The notes beneath the pieces are model-generated. The model worked only from the letters and a program-made list of their open reading frames with translations. It did not search any database and was not told the DNA's origin. A stretch of DNA of 64,000 bases, taken from contig CAVWHX010000004.1 in NCBI GenBank assembly GCA_963754925.1, forward strand, positions 1,248,001 through 1,312,000, written 5' to 3'. Below, one piece after another: positions 50,582 to 59,668 of the stretch (the stretch's first letter is position 1; the number at the start of each line of letters is the position of its first letter). The stretch is from an uncultured delta proteobacterium (GTDB lineage: Bacteria > Myxococcota > B64-G9). A program made the translations under genes and the position numbers.

Positions 50582-52094
50582 ATGACGACCGATCATTCCA
50601 GCCGTTGGTTTGTTAGGGCAAAGAAAAATACCGATCTGACTCTCCGGCAAACGGCAGCATGGCTCGTGCTCATTGTATCGGTTGGGAGTTTGCTGAGGTT
50701 TACGGGGTTAGATAGTCAGTCCTTATGGAACGATGAATTATCGAGCGTGCATCGAAGTTCCTATTCACGTATCACTGAAGTAATCGATAAGGGGGTGCTC
50801 ACAGAGTTTCATCCTCCTGCCTACCATGTGCTGTTGTTTGTCGTCGAACAGCTCTGGGGCGATTCCGAAAAAGCGGTAAGAATGCCATCTGCTATCTTTG
50901 GTGTGCTTACCATAATTGTTATTTTTTGGATTGGAGCTCGATTTTACAATCGAAGAGTGGGGCTTATCGCCGCGATGTTAATGGCGGTGTTGTACGTTCC
51001 TGTTTATTACAGCCAGGAGGCTCGATGTTATGAAGCATTGTTGCTATTTAGCGTTACCAGCATGTGTTGCTGGATGGAAATCCGGCAGAGGATAGTTAAG
51101 CACGAGCGTGCTCCCTGGCAGTGGATGATTGGTTATCAGATATGCTCTTTGATGAGCGCATATTTTCATTACTTTGGGTTGCTGTTATTAGCCCTACAAG
51201 CAATGTTTATAGCATGGGAGGTGCTCAGGCGTAGGTGTTCGATAGGGACTTTTTCTAAGATGTATGTTCCCATTGGCCTATTATACGCACCCTGGTTGCC
51301 ATACCTGTCAAAACAGACATCCGAAGGAAACGCCTGGATTCCAATACCAACAATAAGTTATCCTTTTGAATATCTCAATTACCTTTTTAATGGACATGGA
51401 GAATTGGTATTCATGTTGAGCATTAGCTATCTGTTGCCTATTGGTCTGCGGTTATTTCCTCGAAGAATATCGAAGAATCTTGGAGATGACCAAGAAACAC
51501 CCGTCATATCCGACCGAGTTCTTTTCTGGTGGTTGTTTGTACCGATAGGAATTGTTTTAATTGTTTCGTGGCTATACAAGCCGATTGCAATTCATCGATA
51601 TCTAATCATCTGTTTGCCGGCGGCTTACGTATTGGCGGCCAGGTCAATTGAAAAAATGCCGATTGGTCTGATGGTAAAACAATCGGTGGCAATAGTGCTA
51701 GGAATTTTTCTTATCGCGGATTTGATATTCGTAAAGCAGTACTACACAAAACCGCACAAAGAGCAATTTCGTGAGGCAGTTGAAATTGTCGTCAGGCAAG
51801 AAAAAGAATTTCCAACTACACCAATTGTCGCGTGTTGTTGGGGTCAAGAATATTTTTAACTACTATTTCAAGCACCAAAATTCTTCTCAACAGGTAGGAC
51901 TGGTCACTTGTGAGAAGAAATCTATCCAGGAGATAAAAGAACTGGTAGGCCTGGTGCCTGGTAAATACCTCTGGTTGATGCGCGGGCATAGAAAAATGGA
52001 AGATGGATTTCTCGAACAACTTATGATCAGTTATGAGATTATACAACACACTTCTTTAGTTGGAGCGGAGGTCTGGTTGCTGCGCAGTAAATGA
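50582..52094 (+). pseudogene. GT39/PMT-like membrane glycosyltransferase; +1 frameshift in a T-run at ~51856 (probably an assembly error)
   Basis: LRF..SLWNDE, HPPAY, VRMPSA, YYSQEARCY, RYL; YF|NYYF continues in the next frame to 52094. Confidence 0.75.
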
Positions 52095-52190
52095 GATAGG
52101 GAAACTAACAATACATCGAATTCGTAGTGAAGACAGATGTTCGATACTTTTAGTGATCAGGGTGTCGCGGGGAGAAGCCTACGGTGTCTT

Positions 52191-53831
52191 TTATGGAGCC
52201 AGTTCCTGTTGGTTTACGCTGACTCGAAAAAAACCATCCTCTTCGCATGATTGGCAATACTCAACGTGATAATGTTTTGTTCTGTCGCAAGACCATGGAT
52301 TGGAAGCAAAAAGAAAACTGATCGGTTTCTCGATAAAATAAGAAGTATTTTCCAACGTACAACATTTGTCATATTGAAGCCTTATTGTTAATGGTGTTAT
52401 TGGTAGAAAATGCTCAGATGTCTCTTTCGAAAAGCCCAGTGAAAAACGAATCGGAGGACGAGGCGCGGTTCTTTCTATTTCAGAAAATGATACAATGCCA
52501 AAAATAAGAACGGGGACTAATAATATTCCTATCCACTGTATTTTTAATTTTTTCGTGATATCTGAAATAATTACAGCTCCGACAAGTATCATAAGGAAGA
52601 AAGGAAGCCAATAATAGCGAAGAGAATTAGATCTGAGTATCATTGGTAATAGAGGAAATGAAACAATAAACCAAAGCACCAAGAAGCCATAAGCTTCAGC
52701 ACCAATTATACCCGCATGAACTGCTTGCCATGCTTTTATTATTGCATAAACCAACAAGAAAAGTATCAATGCGCCAAATAACCAAATCAATAATAAAATA
52801 ATAGTAGATGGTTGGAGGGATACGACTCGTTTCATCACCGCTAAATTTGACAGAATTCCAAAGAAAGCACGTCCGTGGTCCACGATAAAAGGACTAACAG
52901 CAGCGATAACCAATATTCGACATCCCCATTTTTTTCTTTGAGGATTTGAGAATAGTCTTCTGGTAGTTATCCACGTAAAGAAGGCGTTGATTTGTTTAAT
53001 GATCTTTCGAGTTGTCCTTAAGACCGCCGACTCTGTGAACCAGTATAAAAGCTCCCAAATTACAGGAATGGAATAAAACAGAGCAAAGGTAAGCTCTGAA
53101 TGCTTTTCAACCAAAATTTCAGGAATAAAGCGCTTCGACAAAATAATTGATGATAGTAGGCAACCAAATATTGTCAGGTTGGCTAGGCGGAGGTAAGAAG
53201 GCGTCGGCTTAAAACAACCAGCATATAACATACTTGCAGCAACCAATGTCAAAGGAACACAAGCAAAAATGAGATGATTGAAACAACCGAGCCAAATAAC
53301 GTAAAATAACAACAAACTCAACAAATGCCATTTGACCTTAATGATTTCTGACTTGAGACGTAACAGTATAATAATGATCGAAAAAATCACTACTAAGAAT
53401 AGGAAATTAAAGGTCCAAACTTCCCATGCCACGCGACTAAACCAAAGAAAATAAAGTGACGATCCTAATAAACATAATGCAATAAAAGCAGACCTCGGCC
53501 CAAATAAAACTAACAATACAACGGCCATTAAACCAGCGGCAACCACATTAGCAATAACTGTGAGAATTCGAAGAGAAAATACATCGACCCCAAATTGATT
53601 GAAAATATTTGCGAGAGAAAGTGAGTAAAGGGATCCAGTATACCAATTCATTCCGTTGATGGAGTTTGCGCCCACAGACATGAATTTAACACCATCAAGC
53701 CCGAACCAGGCCTCATCCCCATGTAAACCGGGAAACGTGTCGAGGTGGTGCGTCATAATCCATGTAAAATATACGCAAAACGCCACTATCCATGCTAGAT
53801 GGCTAATTAACGGGACGGATTTGTTAGACAT
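52191..53831 (-). CDS. GT-C-like multi-TM protein (putative glycosyltransferase)
   Basis: PGLHGDEAW after TM1, FSLR, FSRVAWE, LRYYW; many TMs; AT-rich. Confidence 0.65.
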   Translation of the reverse strand: MSNKSVPLISHLAWIVAFCVYFTWIMTHHLDTFPGLHGDEAWFGLDGVKFMSVGANSINGMNWYTGSLYSLSLANIFNQFGVDVFSLRILTVIANVVAAGLMAVVLLVLFGPRSAFIALCLLGSSLYFLWFSRVAWEVWTFNFLFLVVIFSIIIILLRLKSEIIKVKWHLLSLLLFYVIWLGCFNHLIFACVPLTLVAASMLYAGCFKPTPSYLRLANLTIFGCLLSSIILSKRFIPEILVEKHSELTFALFYSIPVIWELLYWFTESAVLRTTRKIIKQINAFFTWITTRRLFSNPQRKKWGCRILVIAAVSPFIVDHGRAFFGILSNLAVMKRVVSLQPSTIILLLIWLFGALILFLLVYAIIKAWQAVHAGIIGAEAYGFLVLWFIVSFPLLPMILRSNSLRYYWLPFFLMILVGAVIISDITKKLKIQWIGILLVPVLIFGIVSFSEIERTAPRPPIRFSLGFSKETSEHFLPITPLTIRLQYDKCCTLENTSYFIEKPISFLFASNPWSCDRTKHYHVEYCQSCEEDGFFRVSVNQQELAP

Positions 53832-54985
53832 TGCTCGCTATCCACAGGATCTTCATGTTTTGTGATAGTTTTAACTAGCAAGACAATTAATACAATAAGA
53901 ATGATGTTTTTGATTCCTATTGAGATGGCAAACCAATAAGATGTTTGATCCAAATTTTTATATGCTATTGGAAAATATAAATAGGTCGCCACGTCAAACG
54001 CGATTACCGCCCAGGCTTCCCTTTTATTGGAGATCCATACTATCAGAAAAGGCGTTGCCCAAATGATCCATTGGGGCGAATAAAACTTGGAAAAGAGCAT
54101 GAAACACAAAATAGATATTGCGGACCAGGCGTAAACATTCCTCGGCGTTCGGATATCAGCGCGCAGCGCAAATGGCACCGTGCAAAATTGCAGTAAGAAA
54201 AATAAAAAATAACCATAGGCTGTTGCGATGTTAATGTCGAAGAGACTGCTGAAAATCCAATACACCTGGTAGAATAAACTTTCTAAATTGTAGCCTCGAT
54301 CCAAATGATAGCGATAGGGAACGAACAATGCATCGAAACCGGAATGTAAAATTGTCAACAAGACAAACAGCGCGCCGGTCACGATGAATACGCCGATCAT
54401 GCCGAAATCAATTCTATTTTTCTTAAGGTAGGCGAATCTGAAAAACACTGGAAAAATGACGATCAAATACCATTTTGAAACCACACCCAAGGCTAGAAAA
54501 ATCGCCGCGGTGCGATAGCGCTCCTTCAATAAGAAATAAACGCTTATGATTCCTAATAAGGCAGGCAGGACGTCATAGCGCTGGTGGGCGAAAAAGAGAC
54601 CCGCGGGAAGTAACATTAGGAAAGCGTAATTTTTCGCATTCGATCGCATCGAAAATAAGATCAGGATGGTGCCAAAAAGTAGCACCATCATCAGCAGTGA
54701 AAAGATGAGCTTGTAATCTGTCTCGTCATAGGAGCCGCTTACACCGTTGGCGATGATATGAGGCAGGGCGAAAAAGTAGGTGGCCAGTTGCGGGTAGGGG
54801 CTATCGATATCTTGATAGGGTTTTTGGTTAAGCGTGTACCAGCTTCCATAGCGGTAGTAATTGTCAACATCGTAATGATCAAACAGTCCTTTTTCTCGTC
54901 GGCCGACAAAATGAACCAGAAGAGCAAATGCAATTAAACCAAAAAATAACATAATAAACTTGCGGGAGATCAATGATGAAAACAT
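53807..54985 (-). CDS. GT87/DUF2029-like membrane glycosyltransferase
   Basis: DVDNY, PYQD..YPQL, RYDVLP, KWY, KFYSPQWIIW. Confidence 0.8.
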   Translation of the reverse strand: MFSSLISRKFIMLFFGLIAFALLVHFVGRREKGLFDHYDVDNYYRYGSWYTLNQKPYQDIDSPYPQLATYFFALPHIIANGVSGSYDETDYKLIFSLLMMVLLFGTILILFSMRSNAKNYAFLMLLPAGLFFAHQRYDVLPALLGIISVYFLLKERYRTAAIFLALGVVSKWYLIVIFPVFFRFAYLKKNRIDFGMIGVFIVTGALFVLLTILHSGFDALFVPYRYHLDRGYNLESLFYQVYWIFSSLFDINIATAYGYFLFFLLQFCTVPFALRADIRTPRNVYAWSAISILCFMLFSKFYSPQWIIWATPFLIVWISNKREAWAVIAFDVATYLYFPIAYKNLDQTSYWFAISIGIKNIILIVLIVLLVKTITKHEDPVDSEQCLTNPSR

Positions 54986-55237
54986 CTTTTCCTATCCAGG
55001 TTAGTGATTCGAAACGTGCCCCCATTAACATTGACCTCAACCTAGATCCGAACTTGTGAGCTTGTCAAAGAGTGCGCTCGCCAGATTGGTTGTCCTTTGA
55101 AGTTGGGTGCCAGGAGAACGTTAGGAACTGGCCCTGGCGCGCCATTGTTTTCGGATTTAAATCGCGTACGTGCAGTTGACTCTGCCACCGGTCCGTAGTA
55201 TTGATAGTATAAGCTTTTTTTTAGGAGGGCTTCAGCG

Positions 55238-55612
55238 ATGGCCACGCGCGTGTTGGTTGTTGATGACGCGGTTTTTATGCGCAGCACCATCAAGGAAATT
55301 TTTACCAGTAATGGTTTCGAGATCGCGGGTGAAGCGGCCAACGGGATTGAGGCGGTTGAGAAGTACCGAGATCTCAAGCCCGATCTGGTCACTATGGATA
55401 TCGTTATGCCTTACAAGAATGGCATCGAAGCCACGCGGGAAATTGTGCGCGAGAATAAAAACGCCAACGTTATCATTTGTAGCGCCCTTGGCCAGGAGGC
55501 GCTGGTCACTGAAGCAATCGAGGCGGGAGCAACGGACTTCATCGTCAAGCCGTTCCGTCCAGAGAACGTCATCCAAGTGGTCAAAAAGGCCTTGGCCGTC
55601 GTCCGGCACTGA
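55238..55612 (+). CDS. cheY: CheY-like single-domain response regulator (DifD-like)
   Basis: AGGAGG RBS; VLVVDDAVFMR, GEAANG, TMDIVMP, CSALGQE, DFIVKPF. Confidence 0.9.
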   Translation: MATRVLVVDDAVFMRSTIKEIFTSNGFEIAGEAANGIEAVEKYRDLKPDLVTMDIVMPYKNGIEATREIVRENKNANVIICSALGQEALVTEAIEAGATDFIVKPFRPENVIQVVKKALAVVRH

Positions 55613-55664
55613 CGGATTAACGGCATACGGTTCGCCGATGGGTGTCCACGCACGGGGTAGAGTG

Positions 55665-57689
55665 ATGGATATGTCCAAATACCGGGCGCTCTTCATCAGT
55701 GAAGTTGATGAGCGCTTGAGTGCTCTGGAGCGGGAGCTGGTTGAGCTCGAACGCCAACCTAACGAGGCTGCCCGGATCGATGAAGTCTTTCGGCACCTGC
55801 ACTCGATCAAAGGCATGTCCGCATCGATGGGCCAGCAGGAGATTTCTCGCCTGGCTCATCGGCTTGAGGACCTCATGGCGTGCCCGCGCGGTTCTACCGC
55901 GGCGGTTTCCAGGGCCGAGCTGGACGTTCTATTGAGCGGTCTCGACGAAATGCGTAGCCGCATGAAGGCGGTCACCGAGAATCGCACGGTTCCCGAGGTG
56001 CCGGCCGCGCTGTTTATGCGGATTGACGAGGTGATCAAGCGCGTGCAAGCCGAGGGTCCCCCACCGGAGAGGCGCCAACCGGCGCAGTCACCGTTTGCAC
56101 TTTCCCCGCCGACCACGACATCGGTTGATGATGCCGGTGATGCTTACCTTATTACGGTGGATATCGCCGACGACTGCCAGCTGCCCGCAGTGAGGGCCGT
56201 GGTGGTGTATAAGCGATTGGGCGACTGTGGTCGACTTGAATGGGTTCAACCCACGCTGGAGGAATTGCGTACCGGACAACGAGCGGTAGTGCAACTGAAT
56301 ATGTGCCTCCGGACAAAGCGGCTGCAAGCTGAAATTCGGCAGGTGCTCGAATCTATCCCCGAGTTGGACGGGATTGAGGTCACACCCGCCGCCGCGCCCC
56401 CCGAGCAACCGGTTGTGTCGACGCCACCGACACCCTCCGCGCCCCTGGTCCCTGCCACGCCAGCGATAGCGCAGCCATCCTCGGTGCCGCTAGCCGAACA
56501 TCCGGTTGGCCATGAAACCGTGCGCGTACGAACCAATTTACTTGATAACTTAGTCGACACCGTGGGTGAGTTGCTCACCCTGCGCGCGACGTTTGAAGAA
56601 CTCTCCGAGCGCATCAGCGATCCCGTTCTGCGCGAGGGAGTACGCCGGTTTACGGCGGTGGTACATCAACTGCAGGATCGGGTGTTGGAAGTGCGCATGG
56701 TTTCGGTAATGTTGCTCACGCAACGCTTGCCGAGAATCTGTCGGGATCTCGCCCACAGTCAAGGCAAGCAACTGCGCTTTACCATCAGCGGGGAAGAGGT
56801 CGAGCTGGATCGGGCGCTAGTGGAAGCGCTTGACACCCCCCTGCTGCACCTGTTGCGCAACGCGGTTGACCATGGGATCGAGGCCCCCGATGAGCGTGCG
56901 CGCCTCGACAAACCTTCTGAGGGCAATCTCGAACTGAGCTTCAGCAGGGTACAAGATAGGGTTTTTCTCAAGCTTTCTGATGACGGACGTGGGATCGATC
57001 CCGAACGGGTGCTGCGACGGGCACACGATCTCAAACTGGTACCGGCCGAACGCACGAAAATCGACCAGGCCGAGGCCTTTGAGTTACTTTTTCGACCGGG
57101 ATTTTCCACGAGCGTTGGGATTAGCGCGGTTTCGGGACGCGGTGTCGGGTTGGATGTCGTGCGCAACGCGATTACGCGCCTGGGCGGAAGGGTATCGGTA
57201 ACGTCGCAGGTAGGTCGCGGGACCGCCTTTACCTTAGACCTGCCATTGACGCTCGCTGTTCTGCAGGTGTTACTGGTGGAGGTTGGCCCACATTTGCTCG
57301 CGCTGCCAGCCGCGCGAGTCGTACGGGCGGTGGCAGTTCATCCCGGGCAAGTGACCGTTGCGGGGGAGGGGCAACAGGTGAATTTGGGTGGAGAGTCGTA
57401 CGCCTTCATCGATCTTCTTCATTTGTTGGGGGATACATCGGGCGATCGGCGACCGTTGGCTAACGAGGCAATCGTACTCAGTGGCGAACCGCTCCTTGCC
57501 GTGGGTGTCAACCGCATTACCGGTCAGCGCGAGGTGGTGCTTAAGAGCATTGGGCCGCTGTTCCAACGATTGGGACCGTTTTCTGGTTCCACGGTATTGG
57601 GTGATGGCCAGCCGTTGTTGATCCTTGACGTGGATGCACTGCTGCGACTCAGCGGTCGGGCGCGCGGAGAGCGAGCACATGGTTCCTGA
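55665..57689 (+). CDS. cheA: CheA-like histidine kinase (Hpt-P2-dimer-HATPase-CheW; DifE-like)
   Basis: MDMSKYRALF start, FRHLHSIKGM (Hpt), HLLRNAVDHGIE, DDGRG, GFST..SGRGVGLDVV, LPLTLA, TVLGDG. Confidence 0.92.
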   Translation: MDMSKYRALFISEVDERLSALERELVELERQPNEAARIDEVFRHLHSIKGMSASMGQQEISRLAHRLEDLMACPRGSTAAVSRAELDVLLSGLDEMRSRMKAVTENRTVPEVPAALFMRIDEVIKRVQAEGPPPERRQPAQSPFALSPPTTTSVDDAGDAYLITVDIADDCQLPAVRAVVVYKRLGDCGRLEWVQPTLEELRTGQRAVVQLNMCLRTKRLQAEIRQVLESIPELDGIEVTPAAAPPEQPVVSTPPTPSAPLVPATPAIAQPSSVPLAEHPVGHETVRVRTNLLDNLVDTVGELLTLRATFEELSERISDPVLREGVRRFTAVVHQLQDRVLEVRMVSVMLLTQRLPRICRDLAHSQGKQLRFTISGEEVELDRALVEALDTPLLHLLRNAVDHGIEAPDERARLDKPSEGNLELSFSRVQDRVFLKLSDDGRGIDPERVLRRAHDLKLVPAERTKIDQAEAFELLFRPGFSTSVGISAVSGRGVGLDVVRNAITRLGGRVSVTSQVGRGTAFTLDLPLTLAVLQVLLVEVGPHLLALPAARVVRAVAVHPGQVTVAGEGQQVNLGGESYAFIDLLHLLGDTSGDRRPLANEAIVLSGEPLLAVGVNRITGQREVVLKSIGPLFQRLGPFSGSTVLGDGQPLLILDVDALLRLSGRARGERAHGS

Positions 57690-58431
57690 GGCGTTACGGA
57701 AACTGCTTACCGAAGTCTCGACCGGACAATTGGCGGTTGAAGAAGCCCTGCAAAAACTCAAGCAGCAGCCGTTTGAGGATCTGGGGTTTGCTCGGGTTGA
57801 TCTGCACCGCGGATTGCGGCGTGGTTTTCCTGAGGTGGTCTTTGGCCAGGGCAAGACCACCGATCAAATCTTCGCCATTGCCGAAAGTCTGATCGCTCAT
57901 GGCGGACCGCTCTTGATCACCCGCCTTTCGCCCGAGGCAACGGCGGAACTCGCGAAGCGCTTTCCAGCGGGAGTAGTTAATGACGCTGCGCATTCATTCT
58001 ATTGGGTGAAGGAACCGCCGGTTGAGGTCGGACGGGGAGTAGTGCTGGTGGTTTCGGCCGGAACGTCCGATCTGCCGGTGGCCGAGGAAGCCGCCTTGAC
58101 CGCGTGGTTGATGGGCAGCCGCGTCGAACGCCTCTTTGACGTCGGGGTGGCCGGGCTGCACCGATTGCTGCACGATCGAGCCGCACTCGAGCGGGCCGCA
58201 GTGCTGGTTGTGGTGGCCGGCATGGAGGGGGCGCTGCCGTCGGTGATTGGCGGGTTGACCGACCGACCGATAATCGCCTGCCCCACCAGTGTGGGTTACG
58301 GCGCAAGCTTCAACGGCTTGGCGGCTCTCTTAGGCATGCTCAATTGCTGCGCTCCCGGCGTGACCGTGGTCAACATCGACAACGGGTTCGGGGCAGGTTA
58401 TGCTGCCGCATTGATCAACCGCGACCATTAA
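57679..58431 (+). CDS. larB: Nickel-pincer cofactor biosynthesis protein LarB
   Basis: FARVDLHR..RRGFPEVVFGQGK, AGTSDLPVAEEA, DVGVAGLHRL, AGMEGALPS, PTSVGYG, VVNIDNGFGA. Confidence 0.93.
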   Translation: MVPEALRKLLTEVSTGQLAVEEALQKLKQQPFEDLGFARVDLHRGLRRGFPEVVFGQGKTTDQIFAIAESLIAHGGPLLITRLSPEATAELAKRFPAGVVNDAAHSFYWVKEPPVEVGRGVVLVVSAGTSDLPVAEEAALTAWLMGSRVERLFDVGVAGLHRLLHDRAALERAAVLVVVAGMEGALPSVIGGLTDRPIIACPTSVGYGASFNGLAALLGMLNCCAPGVTVVNIDNGFGAGYAAALINRDH

Positions 58432-58442
58432 GGTAGCTGACC

Positions 58443-59668
58443 GTGCGCGTACTGCACTTCGATATTATTGGGGGGATCGCCGGTGACATGACCGTCGCCG
58501 CCCTGACCAGCCTGGGCGCGCCGATTCAACCACTGCATGAAGCGCTTCAGGCCATGGGCCTGGGTCAGGTGCTGGTTGCGGTCAAGCCGGTCGAGGTGAA
58601 CGGAATCGGTGCGCTCCGGTTAACGGTAGAATTCCCTCCTGAGCATGTCCATAGAACGCTGGCCGATACTCTTGTGCTGTTGTCGGCGGCCAAGCTCGAA
58701 GCGACGGTTCATACGCGAGCCGAGGCTATCTTTCGGCGACTAGCCGAGGCCGAGGGACGGGTGCATGGTATACCGCCCGAGCAGGTTCAATTCCATGAGG
58801 TTGGGGCGCTCGATTCGATCACCGACATCATCGGCTGCGCTCTGGCGATTTCATACTTCAAACCAGACCAGATCAGCTCCTCGCCCGCGCCGTTGGGTCG
58901 AGGTCTCAGCGCAAGCCGGCACGGTGTTCTCCCGTTGCCGGCGCCGGCGACCGTTGAATTGCTGCGTGGCCTGCCGAGCCGCGGGGTGGAGATCGAAGCC
59001 GGTTAACCACGCCGACGGGTGCGGCAATTCTTGCCACCCAGGCAGAGCGATTCTGCGCCTGGCCGAATGGCGTCGTCACGAATGTCGGCTACGGGGCAGG
59101 GAGCCATCTCCTGGCTGACCGGCCGAATCTTTTGCGGGCAGTGCTCATCGAGCAGCCGATTTCTCAGGGGGCCGAAGAAGTCCTGGTTGAGGCCAACCTC
59201 GACACCATGAATCCCGAGCATTTCGAGCATATCATCGACTGCCTGCTCGATGCCGGTGCGCTCGATGTATGGCTCCAACCGATCATTATGAAGAAATCCC
59301 GCCCCGCGGTTATACTTGCCTTCTTATGCGATGCCAACCGCTGTGCGGCGCTTGAGCGGATCGTGCTGATGGAGTCAAGCACCATCGGGCTGCGCCGGCA
59401 GGTTGTTTCACGGTATAAACTTGCACGGCAGATGGTTTCTGTGATAACGCCCTACGGCGAGGTACGAGTAAAGGTAGCCGGGGAAGAGAGCGCGCCGTTT
59501 TCGATCGCACCTGAATACGAAGACTGCCGTCGGATTGCGCGCGAGAAACACATTCCTCTTAAAACGGTTTACCAGGCGGCCACCTGGGCCTATCAACAGG
59601 GTAACCAATCGGGCAGTACGCACGGGAACAGAGATCGAGATGTTAGAGGAAACTCCCATGATACGTAA
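58443..59668 (+). pseudogene. larC: Nickel insertase LarC interrupted by one single-base deletion at ~59002
   Basis: GIAGDM, EAEGRVHG..FHEVGALDSI.DI, HG.LP.PAPAT, then -1 frame LTTPTGAAIL, GYGAG, EANLD, MKKSRP, PEYED. Confidence 0.88.

Noticed and set aside
55170..55664. 165-aa N-terminal extension of CheA in the ORF track
   Set aside because: Overlaps cheY in another frame; the Hpt domain begins at the ATG at 55665
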